This document shows, in pieces, positions 1 through 10,085 of a DNA stretch of 64,000 bases (the stretch's first letter is position 1; every line of letters starts with the position of its first letter). The notes under the pieces were generated by a model, which had not been told where the DNA came from, searched no databases, and worked only from the letters and a program-made list of their open reading frames with translations. The position numbers and the translations under genes are program-made. This stretch comes from an uncultured Acidobacteriota bacterium (GTDB taxonomy: Bacteria > Acidobacteriota > Vicinamibacteria > Fen-336), in assembly GCA_963720545.1 (NCBI GenBank), contig OY970399.1:1504001-1568000 (forward strand), in the 5' to 3' direction.

Positions 1-1350
1 CGCGCGCGGCGCGCTCCACCTCGTTGCCGGCGGCGAGTCGGTGACTTCGATGATGGCGCCGCCGGTCATCGCGATGGCACCGATCTCGGTGCGGTCGGCG
101 TGGCGGTGCGCGAAGAATACGGTGTGGCCGTCGGCTGACACGTCCGGAGTGCTGGCACGCACGCCGCGCGTCAGCAAGGTCACGCGCCCGCTCGCGATTT
201 CGACCCTGCGCAGGTCCGAGCGGTGCTCGAACGTGCCCGCGACTTCGGTCTCGTCGAAGACCAGGAAACGGCCGTCGGGGGTGAACGAGAGGCTGCTGCC
301 GCCGTTGCGCGCGCAGATGCGGCGGTCCCCTGTGCCGTCGATGCCGACCATGCGAATTTCCGGAAAGCGGTCGAGCGTGGCGCTGGTGTAGGCAACCTGG
401 GTGCCGTCGGGGCTGACGCGCGGACCTTCCTGACGGATGCCGCGCGTCGTCAGTGCTCGCGCCTCGGTCTGGCCCTCGGCCGCGACCTTGGTGCGCAAGG
501 CGTTCGCGGCTGCTCGTTCTTCGTCGACCCAATCGCGCCACGCGGCGCCGAACGATTGGCCGGTGACGTTCTTCGCGGTGAGGTCGTCGAAATACGGCAC
601 GACCCGCCGCGACTGTTTCCTTGCCAGTGCCGGCAGCGTCGCTTCGCCGTAGCGGGCGGTTTCGTAGCGCAGGAACGCTTCGCCGTAAAAATACGGTGCA
701 AGGCCGCCTGGCCAGGCGTCCAGGCCCAGGACGGCCTGGTCCTTGAGCGGCGGTTTGCCTTCGAGGATGGCGCCGCGCACCAGCATTGCCGAGTCGGGGC
801 TGCGGCCGCGGCCGAACGCGGTCGCCGCGGTTTCCTCGTAGGTCGCGAGGCCCTCGATCATCCAGGTCGGCGTCAGCGTGTTGGGAAACAGGAACGGCGC
901 GCGGCCGAAGACCTTGCGGCCAAAGCGGAGAACGCCGTTCGCTTCCTCGAGGTGCACTGTATGCGCGAGTTCGTGGGTGAGGATCTGCCGCAGCCAGGTT
1001 TCGTAGTTGCCGAACTCATCGCTGCCGTCAGGCGCGGCGGCACGGATCCAGACCAGTGGATAAGGCAGCGGCGAGGCGAAGCCGTTCGGATCGTCTTCGC
1101 CGTCGGCGAGTACGACCTGCACGCGCGGCATGGCGACACCGTAGCGGGCGCTGTGCCGCGCCAGGATTTCGTCGGCGAGGGCCGAGGCGCTCGCGGCCAT
1201 GGCCTCGAGGCCCTGGTGGAAGTGCACGGTGGCGCGGGCGCCGACCAGGCTCTTGAACGCGAAGCGTGGCGGCAGCGACGCCGCGCGCACGACGCCTGCA
1301 GCCGGCGCGATCGCAATCAGGAGCAGCAGGGCGAGCGCGCACCGACGCAT
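1..1350 (-). CDS. Secreted HEXXH (gluzincin/peptidase MA-like) domain plus TolB/PD40 beta-propeller protein; 5' part only, runs off the left edge
   Basis: Manual translation from ATG 1350 (absent from the ORF track because there is no stop in the window): MRRCALALLLLIAIAPAAG signal peptide, ILTHELAHTVH, downstream WMIEGLATYEE, then SPDG/TPDG/SADG propeller repeats. Confidence 0.8.
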   Translation of the reverse strand, partial: MRRCALALLLLIAIAPAAGVVRAASLPPRFAFKSLVGARATVHFHQGLEAMAASASALADEILARHSARYGVAMPRVQVVLADGEDDPNGFASPLPYPLVWIRAAAPDGSDEFGNYETWLRQILTHELAHTVHLEEANGVLRFGRKVFGRAPFLFPNTLTPTWMIEGLATYEETAATAFGRGRSPDSAMLVRGAILEGKPPLKDQAVLGLDAWPGGLAPYFYGEAFLRYETARYGEATLPALARKQSRRVVPYFDDLTAKNVTGQSFGAAWRDWVDEERAAANALRTKVAAEGQTEARALTTRGIRQEGPRVSPDGTQVAYTSATLDRFPEIRMVGIDGTGDRRICARNGGSSLSFTPDGRFLVFDETEVAGTFEHRSDLRRVEIASGRVTLLTRGVRASTPDVSADGHTVFFAHRHADRTEIGAIAMTGGAIIEVTDSPPATRWSAPRA

Positions 1351-1373
1351 TGCGGGCAGGTTAGCATGGCGAC
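1351..1373. promoter_or_regulatory. Candidate bidirectional promoter with overlapping -10 hexamers
   Basis: AGGTTAGCAT: TAGCAT (+, 1362-1367) lies 6 nt before ATG 1374; TG-c-TAACCT (-, 1363-1358) lies 7 nt before ATG 1350. Confidence 0.55.
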
Positions 1374-2276
1374 ATGAGCAGCCTCCGCGCACTCGCAGCC
1401 GCAGCAGCGGTGCTGGCTGCAGCGCCGGTGTCCGCGGCGGATTCCTGGCGCCAGTCGGTCGAGACGTTTCGCGCCGAGCGCGAAGCCGGGCTGCGTCAGG
1501 ACGGTTCGTGGCTCACGCTCATCGGCCTTCACTGGCTCTCCCCGGGCGACACGACCTTCGGCAGCGGTGCGGGCAGCGCCCTGCGTTTGCCCGCATCGGC
1601 AGCGCCGCCTGCGGCGGGCCGGTTCACGCTGGCGAACGGCGCGGTGCGCGCATTTTTGGCAGCCGAGGCCCACGCCACGGTTGGTGGCCGCGCAGTCACC
1701 GAGACGGCGATGGCACCGGACAGCAGCGGCGCGCCGACGATCCTCAGGCTGGGCAGCGTGACGATGCAGGTGATCGAGCGCGGCGGCAAGCTCGCGGTGC
1801 GGGTGAAGGACGACGCCAGCGCCACGCGCAGCGCGTTCCAGGGCCTGCACTGGTTTCCTGTCGAGGAGCGCTATCGAGTCGTGGCACGGTTCGTGCCGCT
1901 GGAGCCGCACGCCACCATCAAGATCGCGAACATCACGGGCCAGGTGAACGACATGGAGAGCCCGGGATTCGCCGAGTTCGAGTGGCAGGGCAGGACTCAC
2001 CGGCTGCAGCCCGTCTACGAGGCCGCCGGCGACCAACAGCTCTTCTACATCTTCAAGGACCTGACCGCCGGCAAGCAGACGTACGGCGCGGGCCGCTTCC
2101 TTTACTCGGACCTGCCGAAGGACGGCACGGTGGTCCTCGACTTCAACAAGGCCTACAGCCCGCCGTGCGCCTTCACTAACTTTGCCACCTGCCCGCTGCC
2201 GCCGAAACAGAATCGCCTGCCGTTCGCCGTCGAAGCCGGCGAACTCGATCCGCATCCACAAGAAAGGAAGCCATGA
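1374..2276 (+). CDS. DUF1684 family secreted protein
   Basis: Signal peptide; WLTLIGLHW, FKDLT.GKQTYGAGRFL, DFNKAYSPPCAF...CPLPP.QNRL motifs. Confidence 0.9.
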   Translation: MSSLRALAAAAAVLAAAPVSAADSWRQSVETFRAEREAGLRQDGSWLTLIGLHWLSPGDTTFGSGAGSALRLPASAAPPAAGRFTLANGAVRAFLAAEAHATVGGRAVTETAMAPDSSGAPTILRLGSVTMQVIERGGKLAVRVKDDASATRSAFQGLHWFPVEERYRVVARFVPLEPHATIKIANITGQVNDMESPGFAEFEWQGRTHRLQPVYEAAGDQQLFYIFKDLTAGKQTYGAGRFLYSDLPKDGTVVLDFNKAYSPPCAFTNFATCPLPPKQNRLPFAVEAGELDPHPQERKP

Positions 2277-3553
2277 CCTTCTCCCGCCGCGACCTGCTGC
2301 TGACGTCATCGACCGCCGCCTTCGGCTCGCTTCTCGCCGACGGCCGCCGCCCGGCGTTCGCCGGCGACGACGCAGCGGCGCCGCTGCCCGCGCCGATCGC
2401 GGCACTGCAGCCGCGGCTCGACGGCGTGCAGCCGATCTCGCTGGACGAGCGCAAGGCGCGCATCGCGAAGGCGCAGGAGCTGATGGCGAAGCAGGGCCTC
2501 GACGCCATCGTCATCGCCTCGGGCACCGCGCTGCGCTATTTCACCGGCGCCTCGTGGGGACTGTCGGAGCGCCTCTTCTGTGTGGTCATCCCCCGCTCCG
2601 GCGAACCGGGCTGGGTGACGCCGGCGTTCGAGAAGCTGCGCGCCATGGAGCAGATCCAGATCGGTGCCGACGTGCGCGCGTGGAACGAGGACGAATCGCC
2701 CTACGCGCTGGTGGCGGCGATCCTCAAGGATCGCAGCGCCGCGGGGCGGGTCGGCATCGAGGAGACCATGCCGTTCGTGTTCGCCACCGAGATCGGCAAG
2801 GCGTCGCCGGCCTCACGCCTTGAGAGCGCCACGCCGGTGACGGCCGGCTGCCGCATGATCAAGGACGCCCACGAGGTGGCGCTGATGCGCCGCGCCTGCG
2901 AGATCACGGTGCTGGCGCACGCGGCAGTGTTCGCCTCGCTGCGCGAGGGCATGAGCCGTGACCAGGTGGCGGAGCTGTCGCAGGCGGCGCACCGCAAGCT
3001 CGGCGTCGGCGGCGGCGCCCTGGTGCTGTTCGGCCCGGATGCTGCTTTTCCGCATGGCACCACCAAACCGCAGCCATTGAAGAAGGGCGACATGGTCCTG
3101 CTCGACGGCGGCTGTTCGCTCGAGGGCTACAGCAGCGACATCACCCGCACCGGCATCTTCGGCGCTCAGCCGACCGAGCGCCAGCAGCTCGTCTGGGACA
3201 CGGTGCGCGCGGCGCAGGATGCCGCGTTCAAGGCGGCGAAGCCGGGCGTCGAGTGCCAGGCGGTGGACGCCGCGGCGCGCGCTGTCATCACCAAGGCGGG
3301 CTTTGGCGAGAACTACAAGGGCATGGGCCACCGCGTCGGCCACGGCATCGGCATGGACGGCCACGAGTGGACCTACCTGGTGCGCGGCAACAAGACGCTG
3401 CTGCAGCCCGGCATGTGCTTCAGCGACGAGCCGGGCATCTACATCCCCGGCGAAATCGGCGTCCGCCACGAGGACATCATCCACATCACGCCGGGCGGCG
3501 CCGAGAACCTCACCGCCTGGACGAAGAGCCCGCAGGAGCCGGCGGTCCTCTAG
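2273..3553 (+). CDS. Tat-exported M24 family Xaa-Pro dipeptidase/aminopeptidase P
   Basis: SRRDLL twin-arginine signal; FPHG, DGG...YSSDITRT, HRVGHGIGMDGHE, SDEPGIY, GVRHED. Confidence 0.9.
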   Translation: MTFSRRDLLLTSSTAAFGSLLADGRRPAFAGDDAAAPLPAPIAALQPRLDGVQPISLDERKARIAKAQELMAKQGLDAIVIASGTALRYFTGASWGLSERLFCVVIPRSGEPGWVTPAFEKLRAMEQIQIGADVRAWNEDESPYALVAAILKDRSAAGRVGIEETMPFVFATEIGKASPASRLESATPVTAGCRMIKDAHEVALMRRACEITVLAHAAVFASLREGMSRDQVAELSQAAHRKLGVGGGALVLFGPDAAFPHGTTKPQPLKKGDMVLLDGGCSLEGYSSDITRTGIFGAQPTERQQLVWDTVRAAQDAAFKAAKPGVECQAVDAAARAVITKAGFGENYKGMGHRVGHGIGMDGHEWTYLVRGNKTLLQPGMCFSDEPGIYIPGEIGVRHEDIIHITPGGAENLTAWTKSPQEPAVL

Positions 3554-3564
3554 GGCGGCGTCGT

Positions 3565-5991
3565 TTACTCGCTGCGCAGCGCCTGCACCGGGTCGAGCTG
3601 CGTGGCGCGCCGCGCCGGCACGAAGCACGCGGCGATGCCGGCAGCGAACAGCACCGCCACCACCGCGGCCAGCGTGGCCGGGTCGCGCGGCGACACGCCG
3701 ATCATCTGGCTCGCGATCACGCGCGCGATGGCGAGCGTTGCCACGAGCCCCAGCGACACGCCGATCGCCACCAGGCGCAGCCCCTTGCTCATCACCAGGC
3801 GCAGCACGTCGGCGCGCTGCGCGCCGATCGCGACGCGGATGCCGATCTCGCGCGTCTGCCGTGCGATGGCGTAAGCGATGACGCTGTACACGCCGACAGT
3901 GACGAGCACCAGCCCGACCGCGGCGAACAGCCCCATGAGCAGCATGCCGAAGCGCGGGCCGGCGTAGCTGAACTCCCCGAGATAACTTTCGAGAGTGCGG
4001 ACCGGGGTCACCGCGGCGGCCGCGTTCGTGCCCCAGATCTCGCGCCGTACGGCGGCAGCGAGCGCCATCGGCTCGCCGGTGGTGCGCACCAGGATGCCGC
4101 GATCCCCCGCTCCCGTAATGGTGTACGGCAGCCACACCTCGGGTTGTATCGGCTCCTGCAATCCGCGGTTCCGGGCGTCGGCGACGACGCCGACGATCTC
4201 GAACGTCGGCTCGGCAACGGGATCGGGAATGGTGGCAAGGATCGGCAGGCGGAAATTGCGGCCGAGAGGATCGTCCTTGCCAAAGTACTTGTCGGCAAAC
4301 GTCTTGTTCACCACCGCCAGGCGCCGCTTCGCGTTCACCTCGCCGGCGTCGAACATCCGGCCCGCCAGCATTCGCATGCGCAGCAGCCGCAGGTAGTCCT
4401 CGCTCACCAACTGGAACTGCGCCGTGCGCCTGTCGTCCGCAACCTGCCCCGCGATCTCGACCTTGTCGTTGAACCCGCCGTAGACCGGCAGGTTGCTGCA
4501 CTCGGCCGCGTCCTCGACCCCCGGCAGGGCTTTCAGCCGGTCGAGCAGCGGCCGGTAGAACGACGCGAGCTGGTCGCCGGTGTGATAGCGCTCGGCCGGC
4601 AGCGGCAGGCGGGTGTTGAGGATGTGGGTCGGGTCGATGCCGAGCCGCACGTCGCGCAGCACGGCAAAGCTGCGCATCAGCAGCCCGGCGCCGACCAGCA
4701 GCGTGAGCGAAACCGCGACCTCGGCCACCACGATGGCGTCGCGGGTGCGTCCGCTGCGAAAGCCGCCGCCCGCGCCCTTGCTGCCGTCGCGCAGCGGGCT
4801 GTTGAGGTCGCGGCGCGCCAGCTGCAGCGCCGGCACCAGGCCGAAGATGAGCGCCGTCGCCATCGCCACCAGCAGCGTGAACAGCAGCACCGGGCCGTTC
4901 AGGCGGATCGACGATTCGGCGGGAATGATGCTGGGCGGAATGAACGCGATCATCAGCTTCAGGCCGCTCCAGGCGAAGAGCGCGCCGAGGAGCGCGCCGC
5001 CGAGCGCCAGCAGCAGGCTCTCGACGAACAACTGGCGGATGAGGCGGCCGCGGCCCGCGCCGAGCGCCGAGCGCACCGCGATCTCCTTCTCGCGCACGGC
5101 CGCTCGCGCCAGCAACAGGTTCGCGACGTTGGCGCAGGCGATGAGGAGCAGCAGCCCGACCGCGGCGAGCACCACGTAGAGGGTGGCGCGGAAGTCGCCC
5201 ACCACCTGCTCGGCCAGCGATTCGAGGCGCACGCTGAACTGCTTCGGATACTCGCGCGGCAGGTCTTTGGCGAGGCGTTGGGCCACCGGGTTCAGCCGCG
5301 TCTCGGCTTCCGCGATGCTCACTTCCGGACGCAGCCGGCCGACGACGTACCAGTACTTCGGCAGCTCGGTCATCATCGGCGCCACCGCGACCGCCGGCTT
5401 GCCCGGAATCCACAGGTCGGCATTCCCCCACGCGAAGCGCGGCGGCATGATGCCGATGAGGGTGCGCGCGGTGCCGCTCAGCATGAACGTCTTGTTGAGG
5501 ATGGCTTTATCGGCGTTGAAGCGGCTGACCCACAACTTGTGGCGCATGACGAACACCGGCGGCGCGCCCGGCTCGTAATCGGAGGGCACCATCGCCCGGC
5601 CGTACATCGCCTGCATGCCGAAGAACTCGAAGGTGCCGGGGTTCACGACGTAGCCGTTCAGCGGCTCGGTGCCTTCGTCGGTGCGGTACAGGATGTCCTG
5701 TTGCAGCATCGCGGCGAGGCCGTCGAACACCTGGTCCTGCGCCCCCCACGCAAGCACCTCGGGGCCTTGATACATCGGCCGGCCGCCGCGCTGGCTCTCC
5801 TCGTCGTCGTGGATCGCGATCGCGTACAGTCGATCGGCGCCCTTGTAAGGGAACGGCGTCATCAACACGTTCTGGATGACGCTGTAGATCGCTGTCGAGG
5901 CGCCGATGCCGAGCGCCAGGGTGAGAATGGCCGCGGCGGTGAAGGCGCGGCTTTTGGCGAGCGAGCGAAGGCCGTAGCGGAGGTCTGGCAT
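3565..5991 (-). CDS. ADOP-type duplicated MacB/FtsX ABC permease (orphan, no adjacent ATPase)
   Basis: Start MPDLRYGLRSL...TLALGIGASTAIYSV; LLIACANVANLLLAR..REKEIAVRSALGA; REIGIRVAIGA; ends PARRATQLDPVQALRSE. The ORF-track extension to 7347 is a shadow. Confidence 0.92.
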   Translation of the reverse strand: MPDLRYGLRSLAKSRAFTAAAILTLALGIGASTAIYSVIQNVLMTPFPYKGADRLYAIAIHDDEESQRGGRPMYQGPEVLAWGAQDQVFDGLAAMLQQDILYRTDEGTEPLNGYVVNPGTFEFFGMQAMYGRAMVPSDYEPGAPPVFVMRHKLWVSRFNADKAILNKTFMLSGTARTLIGIMPPRFAWGNADLWIPGKPAVAVAPMMTELPKYWYVVGRLRPEVSIAEAETRLNPVAQRLAKDLPREYPKQFSVRLESLAEQVVGDFRATLYVVLAAVGLLLLIACANVANLLLARAAVREKEIAVRSALGAGRGRLIRQLFVESLLLALGGALLGALFAWSGLKLMIAFIPPSIIPAESSIRLNGPVLLFTLLVAMATALIFGLVPALQLARRDLNSPLRDGSKGAGGGFRSGRTRDAIVVAEVAVSLTLLVGAGLLMRSFAVLRDVRLGIDPTHILNTRLPLPAERYHTGDQLASFYRPLLDRLKALPGVEDAAECSNLPVYGGFNDKVEIAGQVADDRRTAQFQLVSEDYLRLLRMRMLAGRMFDAGEVNAKRRLAVVNKTFADKYFGKDDPLGRNFRLPILATIPDPVAEPTFEIVGVVADARNRGLQEPIQPEVWLPYTITGAGDRGILVRTTGEPMALAAAVRREIWGTNAAAAVTPVRTLESYLGEFSYAGPRFGMLLMGLFAAVGLVLVTVGVYSVIAYAIARQTREIGIRVAIGAQRADVLRLVMSKGLRLVAIGVSLGLVATLAIARVIASQMIGVSPRDPATLAAVVAVLFAAGIAACFVPARRATQLDPVQALRSE

Positions 5992-5996
5992 GACAC

Positions 5997-6026
5997 TTAG
6001 ACGTCGCCGCGGGTCGCCAGGTTTCA
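5997..6026 (-). promoter_or_regulatory. Candidate ECF-sigma promoter for the ADOP permease
   Basis: Minus strand TGAAAC (6026-6021)-N17-CGTC (6003-6000)-TAA; CGTC ends 8 nt before ATG 5991. Confidence 0.5.
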
Positions 6027-6096
6027 ATTCAATTCGCCGTGCGCCGCGTTGCTGGCTGTTGCACTGCGGCGCGGCGCGGTTCAAACTTCCGTCACC

Positions 6097-7497
6097 TTGA
6101 ACCGCCGCGCCTTCCTCGGGGCCAGCCTCGCCGCGCCTGCCGTCCTGTCTCGTTGTTCGCTGTCGGCACCGCCGCGCGCGCCGCAGGCGCCGCCGCTGCC
6201 CGGCACCACGGCCGGCCACCACTTCCAGAACTGGGCCGAGACCATCTCGTGCCGGCCGGCGAGCTTCGCCCAGCCGGCTTCGATCGACGAGCTGGCCGAG
6301 CTCGTCAAAGCCGCCGGACGCGCCGGCAAGGTCGTCCGCACCTACGGCGCCGGCCATTCGTGGGCGCCGCTGGTGCTGAGCAACGACGTGCAGGTGAACC
6401 TCGACCGGATGCAGAACGTCGTCGCCGTCGATGCCGCCGCCAGGCGGGTGACGGTGCAGGCCGGCGCGCGTTTCAGCAAGCTGTTGCGCGACCTGGACGC
6501 GCCGCGGCTCGCGCTGCCGAACCTGGGCTCGATCACCCAGCAGTCGCTCGCCGGCGCCACCGCCACCGGCACTCACGGCACCGGGATCGGGCTGCAGAAC
6601 CTGTCGATGATGATCGTCGGCGCGAAGCTGGTGACCGGCAAGGGCGAGGTCGTGGAAGTGACCGATCCGGAGCGCCTGCGCGCTCTGCGCATCAGCGTCG
6701 GCGCTCTCGGCATCCTCGCCGAAGTGACGCTGCAACTCGTCGACCACTACAACCTCACGACCACCGCGTACTGGAGCGACTTCGACTCGGTCGTCGACAA
6801 CCTGCCGGAGCTGGTCGCGAACAACGAGCGCCTGCGGCTGTGGTGGATCGTCTGGGAATTCGGCAACCGCCAGCAGATGATCGTCACCACCATGAACCGC
6901 AGCGGCTCGTGGATTCCCGGCGAAGCGCAGCCCGCCACCAAAGTCGGCCGCGGGCAGCTTTCCCAGGAAAGCGCCAACCTGATGAAGAAGCGTCCCAAAG
7001 TGCTGGCGGGCAGGTTCCACATGTTCAACGAGCAGGAGAACGTCGACTACCGCGAGGCGCTGTTCGTGCCGCTGCTGAAGGTGATCCACCGCGAGTGCGA
7101 GTACGCGATTCCCGCGGCCCGCGCGCAGGAGGCGCTGCGCAACTGCCGCAGGTATTTCGACGAGGGCGATGTCAGCCTCAAGATGCCGGTCGAGGTGCGC
7201 TGGGTTGCGAAGGACGACAGCTACCTGAGCCCGACGGGCAACACCGAGGGCGGCGTCTGCTACATCGGCATCTCCGCCGGCCCCAACGCGCTCGAGGTGT
7301 TCCAGTGGTTCGAGCCGATGATGCGCCGCCTCGGCGGCCGCCCGCATTGGGGCAAGTACTACACGCTCAACCGCTACTACATGAAGGAGCTCTATCCGGA
7401 CACGCTCGACAAGTTCGTGGCCCTGCGCAACGAGTGGGATCCGCAGGGCATCTTCTCGAACCAGTTGATGCGGCAGCTCTTCGGCGAGCCCGCCTAG
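6097..7497 (+). CDS. Tat-signal FAD-linked oxidoreductase, L-gulonolactone/D-arabinono-1,4-lactone oxidase (ALO) family
   Basis: NRRAFL Tat motif; FQNWA, GAGHSW (covalent FAD His), ATGTHGTG, GRPHWGK, DPQGIFSN. Start TTG 6097 (alternative 6049). Confidence 0.85.
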   Translation: MNRRAFLGASLAAPAVLSRCSLSAPPRAPQAPPLPGTTAGHHFQNWAETISCRPASFAQPASIDELAELVKAAGRAGKVVRTYGAGHSWAPLVLSNDVQVNLDRMQNVVAVDAAARRVTVQAGARFSKLLRDLDAPRLALPNLGSITQQSLAGATATGTHGTGIGLQNLSMMIVGAKLVTGKGEVVEVTDPERLRALRISVGALGILAEVTLQLVDHYNLTTTAYWSDFDSVVDNLPELVANNERLRLWWIVWEFGNRQQMIVTTMNRSGSWIPGEAQPATKVGRGQLSQESANLMKKRPKVLAGRFHMFNEQENVDYREALFVPLLKVIHRECEYAIPAARAQEALRNCRRYFDEGDVSLKMPVEVRWVAKDDSYLSPTGNTEGGVCYIGISAGPNALEVFQWFEPMMRRLGGRPHWGKYYTLNRYYMKELYPDTLDKFVALRNEWDPQGIFSNQLMRQLFGEPA

Positions 7498-8534
7498 CGA
7501 GGCTCCTTGCCGTTGCGCACGGCCACCACCTGCGCCATCACGGCGAGGGCGATCTCTTCGGGTGAGCGGCCGCCGAGATCGAGCCCGATGGGTGCGCGCA
7601 AGCGTGCCAGCTGCTCCTCGGAAACGCCGTCCGCCAGCAGGCGCGCGCGCCGCTTTTCCTGGGTCTTGCGGCTGCCGAGCGCGCCAACGTAGAAAGCCGC
7701 GCTACGCAGCGCCACGCCGAGTGCAGGGTCGTCGAGCTTGGGATCGTGGGTCAGCACCGCCACCGCTGTAGTCGTGGAGAGACTGAGCGCATGCAGGGCC
7801 TCGTCCGGCCACTCCATCATCAGTCGGCCGACGTGCGGGAAACGCCCGGCGCTGCCGAACGCCGCGCGCGGGTCGATCACCACCGTTCGGTAGCCGAGCG
7901 CGCGGGCGATGGCATCGAGCGCCACGGCGATGTGCACGCCGCCGACCATCACCAGCGTCGGCGCGGGAGCGAGGACGTCTATGAAGGCCTCGGCGCCGTC
8001 CGTTCCTTCGAGAGCGGCGACCCCGCTGTGGCCCGTACTGAGCGCCGCCTCGGCCGCACGCCGCGCAGCACGGTCGAGTGCCGGCTCGCCCAGCGTTCCC
8101 GCGGTGGCGCCTTCGTCGGCGCCTTCGAGAACGACCATGCGCCGCAGCGAGGGCGTGAAATGCGTGACCACCGCGAGCGACTGGCCCTGGTCGAGGGCGC
8201 GGTGCGTCAGGTCGAACGCGGCTTCGTCGAGCGGCTCCACCGCAACCTCGATCGCGCCCCCGCACGCGAGGCCCACGGCCCAGGCACTCTCATCGGCCAC
8301 GCCGAAGCGGACGCGCTCGGCGCTGCCTGTTTTCAGGACGCGCGCCGCGATCTCGGCCACCGCGCCCTCGACGCAGCCGCCGCTCACCGAGCCCGCCACC
8401 CTGCCGTCGGCGGCGATCGCCATCTTCGCGCCGGCCTGGCGCGGCGCCGATCCCCAGGTGGAAATGACGGTGGCAATCGCGACCGGAACGCCCTCGGAGC
8501 GAAAGCGCGCCACGTCGGGGAGAATGTCACGCAT
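7494..8534 (-). CDS. xdhC: XdhC/CoxF-CoxI family molybdoenzyme maturation protein
   Basis: GSAPRQAGAKM, GSVSGGCVE, VGLACGG, LTHDPKLD, YVGALGSR, PIGLDLGG.SPEEIA. Confidence 0.9.
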   Translation of the reverse strand: MRDILPDVARFRSEGVPVAIATVISTWGSAPRQAGAKMAIAADGRVAGSVSGGCVEGAVAEIAARVLKTGSAERVRFGVADESAWAVGLACGGAIEVAVEPLDEAAFDLTHRALDQGQSLAVVTHFTPSLRRMVVLEGADEGATAGTLGEPALDRAARRAAEAALSTGHSGVAALEGTDGAEAFIDVLAPAPTLVMVGGVHIAVALDAIARALGYRTVVIDPRAAFGSAGRFPHVGRLMMEWPDEALHALSLSTTTAVAVLTHDPKLDDPALGVALRSAAFYVGALGSRKTQEKRRARLLADGVSEEQLARLRAPIGLDLGGRSPEEIALAVMAQVVAVRNGKEPR

Positions 8535-8571
8535 CGGGAGGTAGTGTACGCCGAAGAAAAAGGCGGCGACG

Positions 8572-10085
8572 TTGCTGCTGCTGGCCGCGGCCCTGGCGTT
8601 CGCGGTGCGCAGCCGGGGCGAGCGTCGGCCGCATGGCGACGAGAACGGTCCGCGGCTGGTGGTGAGCGGCGACGGCGCCCACGCCACACTCGGCGCGCTG
8701 TCGTTGTCGTCCTGCGAGCTGAGCCAGAAGCAAAGCGGCGCCTCGCAAAAGGCCTTCTGCGGCACGCTGCGCGTGCCCGAGGACCGCGGCGCGCCGGCCG
8801 GCCGCGCCATCGACCTGCGCCTCGCGCTCGTACCCGCATCGGGACAAGGCCCGTCGTCGGACCTCGTGGTGTTCCTCGCCGGCGGACCTGGCCAGGCCGC
8901 GGTCGATGTCTTCCCGGCCGCGGCAGCATCCTTCGAAGACCTCAACCGCGACCGTCATGTGCTGCTGGTCGACCAGCGCGGCACCGGCGGCTCCAACGCG
9001 CTCACCTGCGAGGAGGACGAAGACGAGCTCGACGAGCTCGAGGCCAACTTCGACAAGGCGGTGGTGCGCAAGGCCGCATTGCACTGCCTCGAAACCGTCA
9101 CGCCGCACGCCGATCCGCGGTTCTACAAGACCGAGGACGCGGTCGCCGATCTCGAGGACGTGCGCCGCGCCGCAGGCGGGCCGCGCGTCAACCTGGTGGG
9201 AGTTTCCTACGGCACGCGCCTCGCGCAGCAATACATGAAGGCGCATCCCGAGGCGGTGCGCAGCGTCATCCTCGACAGTGCCGTGCCCAACGGGCTGGCG
9301 CTCGGCGCCGAGTTCGCCGGCAACCTCGACGCGGTGCTGCGCGCGCATTTCGCCCGCTGCGACCGCGACGCCGAATGCCACGAGCGCTTCGGCGATTCGT
9401 ACGCCACGCTCTATCGCCTGCGCGACGAGCTCATGACGCGGCCCGTGGACGTGACCTATCGCGCGCCGCGCACCTATGAAACCAGGACGCGCAAGCTCAC
9501 CGCGCAGGGGCTCGGCGGGCTGGCGCGGCTCTTCGCCTATTCGCCGGAAACGGCGGCGCTGCTGCCGCTGACCATCCACCAGGCCGCGGCGGGACACTAC
9601 GCCGAGCTGATGGCGCAGGCCGACCTCGCGACCGACAGCCTCGGCGACCTCGCCAGCAACGTCATGCAGTTCTCGGTGATCTGCGCCGAGGACCTCGCCG
9701 GGCTCGCGACCCGGCCCGGCGACGAGAAACTGATCCTCGGCGACACCATGGCGCCGTTCCTGCGCGAGGTGTGCGCGGTCTGGCCGCACGGCGAACGCAG
9801 CGCCGCCTTCGGCGAGCCGCTCGCGACCGCAATACCGCTGCTGGTGCTGAACGGCGAGCTCGACCCGGTGACGCCGACGCGCTACGGCGAAGAGATCGTG
9901 AAGGGCGCCACGCGCAGCCGGCTGATCGTCGCGAAGGGGCAGGGACACAGCGTCCTCGGCCGCGGCTGTCTGCCGCAGGTGGCGGCGTCGTTCGTCGCGA
10001 CGCTCGACCCGCAGGGCCTCGAAGTGAGCTGCGTCGAAGAACTTGGGCCGATGCCGGCCTTCGTCGGCTTCTCGGGCGCAACGCC

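Noticed and set aside
223..1377. 384-aa plus-strand ORF
   Set aside because: Antisense shadow of the minus-strand HEXXH/propeller gene; no motifs
5992..7347. Apparent 450-aa N-terminal extension of the ADOP permease (1260-aa ORF)
   Set aside because: Antisense to the ALO gene; the family N-terminus begins at ATG 5991
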